Assembly (NCBI GenBank): GCA_963725865.1
Contig: CAVSAC010000010.1
Span: 416,001-480,000 of the forward strand
Source: Candidatus Eiseniibacteriota bacterium
GTDB taxonomy: Bacteria > Eisenbacteria > RBG-16-71-46
Direction of reading: 5' to 3'
Length of the DNA: 64,000 nt
Shown here: positions 29,882 through 39,441 of the stretch, piece by piece
Numbering within the stretch: position 1 is the first letter of the stretch
Layout of the letters: each line of letters begins with the position of its first letter
The notes under the pieces: model-generated
Seen by the model: the letters and a program-made list of their open reading frames with translations, nothing else
The model's database searches: none
Told to the model about the DNA's origin: nothing
Translations under genes and position numbers: made by a program

Positions 29882-30649
29882 ATGAACGCCGCCCCGCTGC
29901 GTATCGTGCTGGTCGACGACGAGCGCCTCGCGCGCGCCCGCGCGCGGCGGCTGCTGGCCGAGCTGCCCGGCGCCCAGGTGGTCGGCGAGGCCGCGTCGGC
30001 CGACGAGGCCCGCGCGGTGATCGGCAGCACGCGTCCCGACCTGGTGCTGCTCGACGTGCAGATGCCGGGCGAGGACGGCTTCGCGCTGCTGCGCTCGCTC
30101 GATCCGCGCCCGGCGGTGGTGTTCGTGACCGCGTACGACCAGTACGCGGTGCAGGCGTTCGAGGAGAACGCGGTCGACTACCTGCTCAAGCCGTTCCGGC
30201 CCGAGCGGCTCGCGATCGCGCTCGAGCGGGCGCGCCGCGACCTCGCGCATCCCGAGGACATCGCGCGGCGGCTCGAGCAGGTGCTGGCCGGGCTCGGCGG
30301 CGCGCCGGCCACCCACCTGGAGCGCCTCACCGTGCGGGTCGGTGCGCGCCAACTGATCCTGAAGGTCGAGGAGGTGCTGTGGTTCGGGGCCGAGGACAAG
30401 CTGGTATTCGCCGCCACCGCGGGCGATCGCCACTGGCTCGACCTGACGCTCGACCATCTCGAGCGCCGACTCGATCCGCGCCGGTTCGCGCGCGTGCACC
30501 GCGGCGCCATCGTGAACCTCGACCACGCGGTGGCGTTGCGCCCGGCGTTCGCGGGCACCTGGCGGCTGCAGCTCGACGACCCCGCCCGCACCGAGGTGCC
30601 CGTCAGCCGCGCCCGCGCGCGCCCGCTGCGCGACCGGCTGGGCGCGTGA
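29882..30649 (+). CDS. LytTR-family response regulator
   Basis: REC motifs VDDE, LLDVQMP, FVTAYD and YLLKP, plus LytTR 'FARVHRGAIVN...VPVSR'. Confidence 0.95.
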   Translation: MNAAPLRIVLVDDERLARARARRLLAELPGAQVVGEAASADEARAVIGSTRPDLVLLDVQMPGEDGFALLRSLDPRPAVVFVTAYDQYAVQAFEENAVDYLLKPFRPERLAIALERARRDLAHPEDIARRLEQVLAGLGGAPATHLERLTVRVGARQLILKVEEVLWFGAEDKLVFAATAGDRHWLDLTLDHLERRLDPRRFARVHRGAIVNLDHAVALRPAFAGTWRLQLDDPARTEVPVSRARARPLRDRLGA

Positions 30650-30778
30650 ACGACCCGCTGTAACACGCCTGAAACAGCGGCGCCTCCGCGCGCTTGACCG
30701 CCGCGCGGCGAGCGGGTACATACACGACTCACGCAGCTTCCCGACTCCACGCAGGGAACGCCGGTCGGAGCCGCTCCC

Positions 30779-32086
30779 ATGACGCCTCCCCTCCCGATCC
30801 ACAGCCGCGAGTTCCGCGCCCGCCGGGTGAAGAACTGGCTGGTGCTCGGCCTGACGTACGCCGCGATGTACATGGCGCGGTACAACTTCTCCTTCGCGAA
30901 CAAGTCGCTCTCCGATCAGTACGGATGGAGCAAGACGCAGATCGGCGGAATCATCAGCACCGCCACGCTCGTGTACGGCATCTCCGCGCTGTTCAACGGC
31001 CCGCTCGCCGATCGCTTCGGGGGCCGCCGCGCGATGCTGATCGGCGCCAGCGGCGCGTTCGTGTTCAACCTGCTGTTCGGCCTCGGCGCCTACCTCGGCT
31101 TCCTCGGCACCGGCCCCCTGCTGCTCGGCTACTTCGCGACCGTGTGGACGCTGAACATGTACTTCCAGTCCTACAGCGCGCTCGCGCTGATCAAGGTGAA
31201 CGCGGGCTGGTTCCACGTGAGCGAGCGCGGCGTGTTCTCCGCGATCTTCGGCTCCATGATCCAGAGCGGGCGGGCGGCGGTCTTCGCGCTGCTGACGGCG
31301 GGCTTCGTGGTGGCGCTGCCGTGGCAGTGGAAGTTCTTCCTGCCGGCCGCGATCGTGGGCGTGATGCTGGTGATCACCCAGCGCGTCGTGGTCGACACGC
31401 CGAAGGACGCCGGGCTGCCGGCGTTCGACCCGCAGGACGCCACCAGCGGGGACACCGAGCGCATCACGCTGGGCTACGTCGCGCGCAAGGTGTTCACCAA
31501 CCCGGTCGCCATCACCATCGCGATCGCGGAGTTCTGCACCGGGATGGTGCGGAAGGGCTTCGAGGAGTGGTTCCCGCGCTACATGCAGGAGGCGCAGCAC
31601 ATGCCTCTCGACCACCCGATCTTCAAGACCGGGGCGTTCTTCATCGTGCTGGCCGGCGTGGTGGGCGCGTTTGCGGCGGGCATCCTCTCGGACTGGGTGT
31701 TCGGCCACCGCCGCCCGCCGGTGGCGCTGATCGGCTACGTGCTCATCGTGGGCTGCCTGTGGGTGATCGGGCACCATCCCAGCGTGCCGGTGCTGATCGC
31801 GGCCTTCACGGTCAATTCGCTTGCGATCTCGATGGTGCACTCCATGCTCTCGGGCACCGCCTCGATGGACTTCGGCGGCCAGCGCGCGGCCGCCACCGCG
31901 GCCGGCATGTTCGACGGCATGCAGTACGTGGGTGGCACGCTGGCGGGCATCGGCATCGGCTCGATGGTCGACGCCTACGGCTGGGACGCGTGGGCGCCGA
32001 GCATGATCGGCTTCGCCGCGGTCGGCGCCCTGTTGATGGGCGTGCTGTGGAACGCGCGCCCCAAGCCGGGCGCGACCGCGCACTGA
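30779..32086 (+). CDS. MFS transporter, organophosphate:Pi antiporter (GlpT/UhpC)-like
   Basis: About 12 TM segments, 'YMARYNFS', GPLADRFGGR, WFHVSERG, GILSD and 'AAATAAGMFDG'. Confidence 0.88.
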   Translation: MTPPLPIHSREFRARRVKNWLVLGLTYAAMYMARYNFSFANKSLSDQYGWSKTQIGGIISTATLVYGISALFNGPLADRFGGRRAMLIGASGAFVFNLLFGLGAYLGFLGTGPLLLGYFATVWTLNMYFQSYSALALIKVNAGWFHVSERGVFSAIFGSMIQSGRAAVFALLTAGFVVALPWQWKFFLPAAIVGVMLVITQRVVVDTPKDAGLPAFDPQDATSGDTERITLGYVARKVFTNPVAITIAIAEFCTGMVRKGFEEWFPRYMQEAQHMPLDHPIFKTGAFFIVLAGVVGAFAAGILSDWVFGHRRPPVALIGYVLIVGCLWVIGHHPSVPVLIAAFTVNSLAISMVHSMLSGTASMDFGGQRAAATAAGMFDGMQYVGGTLAGIGIGSMVDAYGWDAWAPSMIGFAAVGALLMGVLWNARPKPGATAH

Positions 32087-32174
32087 GAGCACGGCGCGGC
32101 GCCGCGCACGACGGGACCGGCTGGCGGACGCAGGCGCCCCGCATCGCGGCGCACACGGCGTTCACCCGCGCGTG

Positions 32175-32528
32175 CTACCGCAGCCGCACGATGTGTCGTA
32201 CCCGCGCGGGCTCGCCCGCGACGTCGAGCCGCGCGAGGTAGACCCCGGGCGGCACCGCGAAGCCGCGTGCGTCGCGACCGTCCCACGCCACGTGGTGCGC
32301 TCCGGCGCGGAGCGGTGCGTCGAGCACGTCGCGCACGCGGCGCCCCGCGAGGTCGAACAGCGCGATCCGCGTGCGCGCGGCGCGCGGCAGCGCGAACGCG
32401 ATCTCGGTGCTGGCGCGGAACGGATTCGGGGCCGCCGGCTCCAGGCGCGCGTGCGCGCCGCTGGTCGCCGGCTCCGTGATCGCGGCGGACGTCCAGCGCG
32501 CGATTCCGTACGAGGCGACGCCGGCCAC
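32175..32528 (-). pseudogene. Stand-alone FlgD-Ig-like C-terminal sorting domain, probably the remnant of a larger secreted protein
   Basis: PNPF...FDLAGRRVR...WDGRDARG...GVYLAR, with no signal peptide or SD. Preceded in frame by GFSSVAGVASYGIARW, which looks like a final beta-propeller repeat. Confidence 0.5.
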
Positions 32529-32567
32529 CGAGGAGAACCCGTGCGCCGCAGGGAGTGGATGCGGCGG

Positions 32568-33710
32568 CTAGGCGGCAGCCCGCTCGGCGGCCAGCTCGGC
32601 GGTGCGGCGCTTCTCGGCGCGGGTCAGGAACCACACCGCGATGAGGATGAACACCACCGACGCCCAATCCTGGATCGACGGCCACTTGGTGTGGAAAAAC
32701 AGCGCCAGCAGCAGCGTGGCGGTGATGCCGGCCACCAGCGAGGTGAGCCGGTTCACCAGCCCTGCGAACGTCGCGGTGCGCCCTTTGAACATGAAGATAA
32801 ACACCGAGAAGAACGCCACGGCGCCGTACGGCACGCCCGACAGAACCGCCATCAGGTCGGGGTGCGCCATCGCGCCCGCGAACACGTGGATGCGCTCGTC
32901 CTGCCAGCCGAACCAGCGGGGCGACATGAACACGAGCACGGCCACCAGGACCATCGTGAGCGAGGCGGAGATCTGCTCGTAGGCGAAGAAGCCCCGGTTG
33001 TCGAGCTCCACGCCCTTGGCGCGCGTGTTCTTGAAGAAGTTCATGATGTAGATGCGGATGGTGTAGGCGACGATGTACAGCCCCATGATCGTGAGCGCCG
33101 GCACCGAGTGGATGAAGTCGAACTGGTTCTTGCCGAGCGCGGATGCGAGGCCGAACGCCTGCGCCACGTGCACGCCGCGGGCCTCGAGCAGCCCGACGAA
33201 CGGCAGCAGCAGGACGTTCGTGGCCACCGCGAACAGCGCGAAGACCACGCCCCAGTTCTCCTCGGCGTACACGCGCTTCTTGAGGATGCCCTGGCGGATC
33301 TGCACCTCGTCGACGAGGCGGCTGATCACGATGATGCTGCCGCGCATGATCACCATCGCCACCATCACCGAGATCGGCAGCGTGTACATGAGCGTGGTGG
33401 TCGGGATCACCACCGCGGTACAGACCCCAGAGGGGATGATGTACAGCACCTCGGACGGGACCATGAACGGGCCGACCTTCATCAGCCGGTTCGATCGGAG
33501 GCGGATCCATCCCGCCAGGAACACCACGGCGAGTGCGAACGCGCTCCCGCCCAGGGTGTTGTTGAAGAGGTACGCCATCTCCGACATCGATGGGTGGCGC
33601 AGGCCGGTGAAGTACTTCACCAGCACGCCGGTCATGACGTAGAAGCCGAAGTAGCCCGCGCACAGCTGGATCAGCTGACTGGTGCTGCCGGAGGACTTGC
33701 TCGAGGTCAC
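32568..33710 (-). CDS. Hypothetical polytopic membrane protein (possibly DMT/EamA-like)
   Basis: About 10 hydrophobic segments and normal amino-acid composition. GTGA overlap with the fdhD stop. Confidence 0.7.
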   Translation of the reverse strand: MTSSKSSGSTSQLIQLCAGYFGFYVMTGVLVKYFTGLRHPSMSEMAYLFNNTLGGSAFALAVVFLAGWIRLRSNRLMKVGPFMVPSEVLYIIPSGVCTAVVIPTTTLMYTLPISVMVAMVIMRGSIIVISRLVDEVQIRQGILKKRVYAEENWGVVFALFAVATNVLLLPFVGLLEARGVHVAQAFGLASALGKNQFDFIHSVPALTIMGLYIVAYTIRIYIMNFFKNTRAKGVELDNRGFFAYEQISASLTMVLVAVLVFMSPRWFGWQDERIHVFAGAMAHPDLMAVLSGVPYGAVAFFSVFIFMFKGRTATFAGLVNRLTSLVAGITATLLLALFFHTKWPSIQDWASVVFILIAVWFLTRAEKRRTAELAAERAAA

Positions 33711-34555
33711 GTAGCCCTTTCCTCAACCGCGCCGCTTCCGTTCGGCGCGAGGCGGTCACCGCCGCCGTACACGTTCATGCGTCCCTCCCGCAGGAAGCCC
33801 ACCAGCGTCATGCCGGCGGCCTCCGCGAGCTCGATGGCGAGCGAGGTCGGCGCGCCCACGGCGGCCAGCACCGGGATCCGCGCCCGCGCCGCCTTGAGCA
33901 CCAGCTCGGCGCCGGCACGCCCACTCACCCACAACAGGCCGGACCCGGCGGGATAGCGCCCGCGCGCGACCAGCGTTCCGCACACCTTGTCGACGGCGTT
34001 GTGCCGGCCGACGTCCTCGCGGACCACGTCGATGGCCAGGTCATCGGCACACAGCGCCGCGGCATGCAGCCCTCCCGTCGCGGCGAATCCCGCCTGCGCC
34101 TGGCGCAGCCGCGCGGGCAGCTCCGTCAACGCGACCGGGTCGATGCGGCCGGCCGCCGCCAGCGGGACCAGCCCCGCGCGCAGGGACTCGAGATGCGCCC
34201 GCCCGCACAGCCCGCACGCGGAGGTGGAGGCGAAGTGCCGCTCCAGCCGCGTCCAGTCGAACGCGACGCCGGGCGCCAGCGCGACCTCGACCGCGTCGGG
34301 CCGCTCGGCGCAGTCCGCGGCGATCTCGCGCAGCTCGCGCACGTCGTCGCGGCCGCGAATCACCCCTTCGGCGGCCAGGAAGCCCAGCGCCAGCTCGGCG
34401 TCGTGCCCGGGGGTGCGCAGCGTGACGGAGAGCGGACGGCCGTCGACTCGGAGCTCGAGCGCGCGCTCGACCGCGACCGCATCCTCGCCCCGCACGCGCT
34501 CGGACCCCTTCACTCGGGTGACCGGGCGCAGCGTCGCGAGCGGGGCGAGATTCAC
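33707..34555 (-). CDS. fdhD: Formate dehydrogenase accessory sulfurtransferase
   Basis: LRTPGHDAELALGFL, SACGLCG, TGGLHAA, REDVGRHNAVDK and SGR. GTG start at 34555. Confidence 0.92.
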   Translation of the reverse strand: MNLAPLATLRPVTRVKGSERVRGEDAVAVERALELRVDGRPLSVTLRTPGHDAELALGFLAAEGVIRGRDDVRELREIAADCAERPDAVEVALAPGVAFDWTRLERHFASTSACGLCGRAHLESLRAGLVPLAAAGRIDPVALTELPARLRQAQAGFAATGGLHAAALCADDLAIDVVREDVGRHNAVDKVCGTLVARGRYPAGSGLLWVSGRAGAELVLKAARARIPVLAAVGAPTSLAIELAEAAGMTLVGFLREGRMNVYGGGDRLAPNGSGAVEERAT

Positions 34556-34560
34556 GTCGC

Positions 34561-35361
34561 TCAGACCTTCGGGTGCCCGGTCCGGACCACGAACGACCCG
34601 TCGGGCATCGTCTCGAGCTGGTAGTCCGCGAACATCGCCGGCGCCTCTCGCTGCATCAGGTGCAGGATCGCCAGCGCCACCTTGCGGATCTCGACGTCCG
34701 CGAACTCCGAGCCGCGCATCTCGACGAAGTGGCGCAGCGCGCGCGCGTTGCCGGTGACGAAGATCTTGGTCTCGGTGGCGTTGGGCAGCACCGAGCGCGC
34801 GGCCTGCCGCGCCAGCTTGCGGCGCAGCGTGCGGTCGGGCTCGTCGACGTAGTGGCGCTCGAGCCCCGCGACCAGCCGGTCGTAGGCGGAACGCGCGGCG
34901 TTCACCGACTCGGTCCAGATCGCGTGCAGTTCGGGATCGCCGGCGATCGCGTCCGGCTCGATGTAGGGCGACTGCGATTCGTCGACGTAGCGCTGCGAGA
35001 GCTGCGAGTACGAGAAGTGGCGATGGCGGATCAGCTCGTGCGTGAACGAGCGCGAGACTCCGGTGATCAGGAACGACCACACGCCGTGTTCGAGCACCGA
35101 GCCGTGGCCGACCTCGACGAGATGGCCGATGAACTCGGCGTTCGTCTTGCGCCCCTTGCCGTACGACATGTAGCAGACGCGGCCGGCCATCTCGGCGAGC
35201 GCCTCGGCCCCGACCTCGGTGTCGGTCGTCCAGGACAGCTCGTGGTCGCCGAGGAAGCGGTCGATGGCGTTCGGGTCGAGCGTCTGGCGTCCCACCAGGT
35301 ACACGCTCGGCTCGTGGACGATGCGCAGGGCCTTCGAAGTCGTGCTCTCCACCGCTTCCAT
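34561..35361 (-). CDS. thyX: FAD-dependent thymidylate synthase
   Basis: AGRVCYMS, GHGSVLEH, the ThyX signature RHRHFSYSQLSQR, ARSVLPNAT and EIR. Confidence 0.95.
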   Translation of the reverse strand: MEAVESTTSKALRIVHEPSVYLVGRQTLDPNAIDRFLGDHELSWTTDTEVGAEALAEMAGRVCYMSYGKGRKTNAEFIGHLVEVGHGSVLEHGVWSFLITGVSRSFTHELIRHRHFSYSQLSQRYVDESQSPYIEPDAIAGDPELHAIWTESVNAARSAYDRLVAGLERHYVDEPDRTLRRKLARQAARSVLPNATETKIFVTGNARALRHFVEMRGSEFADVEIRKVALAILHLMQREAPAMFADYQLETMPDGSFVVRTGHPKV

Positions 35362-35528
35362 GGGCGTGACTCCCCGGGTTCGCGCATGTCTCGGCACGCG
35401 CGGGTCAGGCAGCGACGGCCCGCCATCGCAGGCGGGCCGGGGCCCCGCGCCCGGGAGGGCGCGGGGCGTTTGGATCCGCGTGCACTGTACCACGCGCACC
35501 GGCCGCGCGGGCGGTCGGGCGGCCCGGT

Positions 35529-36710
35529 TCAGGCGCCGGCGTGCGCGCGCACCTGGTCGCGGACGCGCTGCATCACGCGCTCGATCTCGTCGTCGCGGGT
35601 GTAGAAGTGCGGCGCGAGCCTCAGTCCCACCCCCGGCCGCACGTCGAGGAGTACGTCCGCGGCGAGCAGCGCCTTGCACACGGGCTCGGCGTGCGGAACG
35701 TCGAGCACCACGGTGCCGCCGCGGCGCGCGTCCTCACGCGGCGAGCCGACGCGGAAGCCGTACTCGTCCGCCAGCGCCAGCATACGTGCGGTCTGCCGCA
35801 GCGACTTCGCGCGGATCGACTCGACGCCGATGCGCGCGACGATCGCGTAGCCGGGCTCGGCCGCCGCGAACGCCACCACCGCCGGGGTGCCGGTCCAGAA
35901 CCGCCGCGCGCCGTCGTCGCGGCGCGTGGGCCCCGGGTCGAAGTCGAACGGCCGGGCGTGGGCCATCCAGCCGGTGATCGCCGGCTCGAGGCCGGCGGCC
36001 ACGCGCGGGCTCACGTAGAGGTAGCCCGCGCCGGGTCCGCCGCACAGCCACTTCACCGAGCCGCCGGTCATCAGGTCGATGCCGGCCGCCCGCACGTCCA
36101 CCGGCAGAGTGCCGACCGACTGGTAGGCGTCGATCAGGGTGCGCGCGCCGCACGCGCGCGCTCGCGCGACGATCGGCGCCAGGTCGAGCACCTGGGCGGT
36201 GCGGAACAGCACGTGCGAGATCGCCACCACCGCGGTGCGCTCGTCGATCGCCGCGACCACGTCGGCCTCCTCGATCGCGTGCCCCGTCCGCGCGCGCACC
36301 CGCACGACCTCGGCACCGCGACGCACCAGCCCCTCGTACAGGTAGAGCACCGAGGGAAAGTCCTCGTCGGTGCACACCAGCCGGTTGCGCGGCGCGCGAA
36401 AGTCGATCGCCGAGAGCGCGAGCGCCTGTGCGTCGGTCACGTTCTGGTGCATCGAGACCGAGCCGGGCTCGGCGTTGACGATGGTGCCGAGCAGATCGCC
36501 GACGCGAGTCGGCAGCGCGAACCACTCCTCCTCCCACGCGCGGATGCCGCGCGACTTCCAGGCCAGCGCGTACCGCCGCAGCGCCTCCTCGACCCCGCGT
36601 GGCATCGCGCCCAGCGAGTGCGAGATGAAGTGCAGGGTCGATTCGACGGTCGGGAACTCGGTCCGCCATTCGAGCAGGCGGTCCTCGGTGGCGCGGGGCT
36701 CGGGGCTCAT
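35529..36710 (-). CDS. PLP-dependent aminotransferase class V, kynureninase-like
   Basis: SHSLGAMP, DAYQSVG, GGSVKWLCGGPG (PLP lysine) and GTP. Confidence 0.85.
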   Translation of the reverse strand: MSPEPRATEDRLLEWRTEFPTVESTLHFISHSLGAMPRGVEEALRRYALAWKSRGIRAWEEEWFALPTRVGDLLGTIVNAEPGSVSMHQNVTDAQALALSAIDFRAPRNRLVCTDEDFPSVLYLYEGLVRRGAEVVRVRARTGHAIEEADVVAAIDERTAVVAISHVLFRTAQVLDLAPIVARARACGARTLIDAYQSVGTLPVDVRAAGIDLMTGGSVKWLCGGPGAGYLYVSPRVAAGLEPAITGWMAHARPFDFDPGPTRRDDGARRFWTGTPAVVAFAAAEPGYAIVARIGVESIRAKSLRQTARMLALADEYGFRVGSPREDARRGGTVVLDVPHAEPVCKALLAADVLLDVRPGVGLRLAPHFYTRDDEIERVMQRVRDQVRAHAGA

Positions 36711-36735
36711 CGCTCGACCTCCCGATGGGTGCGGC

Positions 36736-37293
36736 TCAGCGGCGCACGCCGCTCGCGGCGCCCTCGAGCACCGCGCGCGCGCCCGCGGCCGCGGTGCGCG
36801 CGATGCGGACGTGTTCGAACATCTCCGGGTACACTAGCTGCGGATGGCGCTGGACGGCCAACCATGCCTCCCACGGCTCCCCGACCAGCACGAACGGGGC
36901 GGCGGGCCGCCCGCCCGCGGCGAGCAGGTTCCAGGTCAGGAACAGCTCGGCGAGCGTGCCCACGCTGCCGGGCAGCACCAGGAAACCGTCGGCGCGCGTG
37001 ACGATCGTGCGCAGGCGCTCGAACAGATCGGCGGTGTGCACGCGCTCGCGGACCCAGGCGTTGGCGGGGCCGCGGGCCTCGAACAGCTCGACCGTCACGC
37101 CCACCGTATGGCCGCCCGCCTCCGCCGCGCCGCGCGAGCAGGCCTCCATCACGCCCGAGTAGCCGCCGGTCATCACGTCGGCGCCGCCTGTCGCCAGCGC
37201 ACGCCCGAGCTCGAAGGCGAGCGTGTACACCGGCTCGCCCGGCTGGACGGTCGCGCTGCCGTACACCGCGATCAGGGGTCGTCGTGCGGACAT
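36736..37293 (-). CDS. LOG/SLOG-family nucleotide phosphoribohydrolase-like protein
   Basis: IAVYGS, TGGYSGVMEA and LPGSVGTLAEL. Start follows GGAGG. Confidence 0.85.
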   Translation of the reverse strand: MSARRPLIAVYGSATVQPGEPVYTLAFELGRALATGGADVMTGGYSGVMEACSRGAAEAGGHTVGVTVELFEARGPANAWVRERVHTADLFERLRTIVTRADGFLVLPGSVGTLAELFLTWNLLAAGGRPAAPFVLVGEPWEAWLAVQRHPQLVYPEMFEHVRIARTAAAGARAVLEGAASGVRR

Positions 37294-37367
37294 CGGTCCT
37301 CCCTGCGAGGGGGTCGAGGGACGCAGTGTGCCACGGTGCCGGTCGCCGCCGCCAGCCGCGAGTCCGA

Positions 37368-37814
37368 TCAGCGCCGCTCGAACGGCAGCTCGCGCGCGCC
37401 GAGCAGGGCCAGCCACGCCGCGACCGCGGTCGCCCACACCACCGTGTCGCGCAGGTTCGCCGCCACCGACTGGAGCCCCGCCGCCGCGGCCGGATGCGTG
37501 ACCGCGCGATAGTCGAGCCCCAGCGCCACCACCGCCACCACCAACTCGACGCCGACCAGCAGCGGGACTCCCACCGCCAACGCACGCAGCCGTTCGCGCA
37601 TGCGCGCGCGCCCACTCGCCAGACAGAGGGCCGCGAACAGCCCGAGCTCGAACGGCATCGCGACCCCGAGACCGGTGACCCGGATCGGCATGCCGAGCAG
37701 CTGCAGGACGACGGTCGCCACCGCGCCGAGCGCGCGCTGGTACGGCAGCGCGACGAACCAGCACAGCACGGAGAGCAGCGTGGCCCAGCCGAGCAGGCGC
37801 AGGAACCAGCTCAT
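37368..37814 (-). CDS. Small membrane protein, resembles exosortase-associated membrane proteins
   Basis: About 4 TM segments and 'GLFAALCLAS...RERLRALAVGVPLL'. Divergent from the exosortase gene. Confidence 0.55.
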   Translation of the reverse strand: MSWFLRLLGWATLLSVLCWFVALPYQRALGAVATVVLQLLGMPIRVTGLGVAMPFELGLFAALCLASGRARMRERLRALAVGVPLLVGVELVVAVVALGLDYRAVTHPAAAAGLQSVAANLRDTVVWATAVAAWLALLGARELPFERR

Positions 37815-38038
37815 CGCATCCCCCGGGCCGAATCGGCAGCGCGACGCAAGGGCGCGCGGCGCGCGCCGCCGCGCCGCGGCGTGCGCCCCGGGCGGCACGG
37901 CACGCGGGTGCGGTCACGCGCTGCCGAAACCCGCAGCCCGACTCCCGCCCCCGATCCAGAAAGGCCTCGCGCCTGGCTCCGCGGCCGCGGTAGCGTCGCG
38001 GGGCCACGAGTCGGATCCACCCGAGAGGACGAACGGAC

Positions 38039-38638
38039 ATGAGACCTGCGGGCCCCCGAGGTCGCGGACGCGAGCGGGCGGAGGCGCGCGGCGGCGCGGC
38101 CGCGCCCAACGCGGGCCGCCGCGGCGGGCCGTCGCGCGCGCTGGCCGCCTTCATGGTGCGCCTCGTCGTCGGGTTCGTGGCCTGCCTGTGGATCCATGCG
38201 CGGACGCCGCAGCTCGATCGGTGGGCGGTCGACGCCACGGTGGCCTCGATCACCGCCGTGTTCGGGATCTTCCGCGCGCCGCTGGTGCTGATGGGAAACA
38301 CGATCTCGATCGGAACCACGTCGCTGACCATCGTCCCCGACTGCACGCCGCTGATGCCGGCGCTGCTGGCAACGATCGCGATCCTCGCCTTCCCGGCGCC
38401 CTGGCCGGCCCGCCTCGGCGGCGTGGTGGGCGCCGCGATCGCGCTCTGGGGCTACAACCTGATCCGCATCGCGGTGCTGTTCGGCGTGATGATCCGCTGG
38501 CCCGGCGCATTCGGCTTCGTGCACGTCTACCTCTGGCAGACCGTCACCGTGGTGGTGGTCGTGGTGCTCTTCATGGCGTGGCTGCGGCTTTGCGAACGGA
38601 TCCTCCCGGCGGCCGGCCGGCTCCCCCGAGTCGCGTGA
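38039..38638 (+). CDS. xrtH: Exosortase/archaeosortase family protein, exosortase H-like
   Basis: Catalytic triad Cys (IVPDCT), Arg (NLIRI) and His (FVHVYLWQ). Directly upstream of an IPTL-CTERM-like protein. Confidence 0.82.
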   Translation: MRPAGPRGRGRERAEARGGAAAPNAGRRGGPSRALAAFMVRLVVGFVACLWIHARTPQLDRWAVDATVASITAVFGIFRAPLVLMGNTISIGTTSLTIVPDCTPLMPALLATIAILAFPAPWPARLGGVVGAAIALWGYNLIRIAVLFGVMIRWPGAFGFVHVYLWQTVTVVVVVVLFMAWLRLCERILPAAGRLPRVA

Positions 38639-38777
38639 GATCAAACCTCGCACGAATAGCGGACGATTGTCAGCGGAATGTCCGGTGGGAGCGACTAGGC
38701 TCCGCCCTCGTGCCGCGGCAAGGGCGACCATCGACCTGGACGCCCCGTCCATCGAGTTCAGCACAGAGGAGGCATGC

Positions 38778-39365
38778 ATGCGCACTCGTCTCGGACTCAT
38801 CGCGGTCGTCCTCGGGCTCCTCGCGGCCTCGACGGCGAGCGCGGGACACCATCTCTGGGACTTCACGGAGGCCTTCTCCAACGCGGACGGCTCGGTGCAG
38901 TTCGTCGAGCTCTTCACCGCGGCGGCGAGCGAGCAGGGAGTCGGCCCGTTCACGGTCACCTCGAACAGCAACACGTTCAACTTCGTGACCAACCTCCCCA
39001 GCTCGGCGACCGCCAACACGTGGATCCTGATCGCGACGTCGAACTTCGCGAGCAAGCCCGGCGCGGTCACGCCCGACTACATCATCCCCGCCAACTTCCT
39101 CTCGACCAGCGGCGGAACGCTCAACTACGCGAGCGGCGTGAAGATCTGGAGCCACGGCGCCCTGCCGACCGATGGTCTGCACTCCCTGCTCCGCAACGGC
39201 TCGACGGCCGTCAACTCGCCGACCAACTTCGCCGGTCAGGCCGGATCGGTGAACCTCGCGGCGTCGGTCCCGATGCTCCCGACCTGGGGCCTGATCCTGC
39301 TGGTCGGCGCGATCCTGTTCATGGCGAGCGGGCTGCTCCGCACGCGCGAGGCTCCCACCGCCTGA
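38778..39365 (+). CDS. Secreted protein with an IPTL-CTERM-like (IPTLxxWG) sorting signal
   Basis: GAGGAGG SD, signal peptide ending ASA, and C-terminus VPMLPTWG + TM helix + RTR. Confidence 0.85.
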   Translation: MRTRLGLIAVVLGLLAASTASAGHHLWDFTEAFSNADGSVQFVELFTAAASEQGVGPFTVTSNSNTFNFVTNLPSSATANTWILIATSNFASKPGAVTPDYIIPANFLSTSGGTLNYASGVKIWSHGALPTDGLHSLLRNGSTAVNSPTNFAGQAGSVNLAASVPMLPTWGLILLVGAILFMASGLLRTREAPTA

Positions 39366-39400
39366 CGGGCAGCCGGAGCGATTCGATCCCGGGTGGGCAC

Positions 39401-39429
39401 GGGGCGGGCGGAGTTCCTTCGCCCGCCCC
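39401..39429. terminator. Hairpin between convergent genes
   Basis: GGGGCGGGCG-N9-CGCCCGCCCC. Confidence 0.55.
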
Positions 39430-39441
39430 TTCCCGTGGCGC

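Noticed and set aside
32529..32570. Pyrrolysine or selenocysteine recoding of the TAG joining the membrane protein to the FlgD-Ig domain
   Set aside because: An in-frame arrangement has a 1-in-3 chance, no pyl or sel genes are in the window, and the fusion makes little topological sense.
35477..35496. CGCGTG-N8-CACGCG inverted repeat around the thyX -10 region as a second SOS box
   Set aside because: Only one TGCAC half-site is present, and short GC-rich inverted repeats arise readily by chance.
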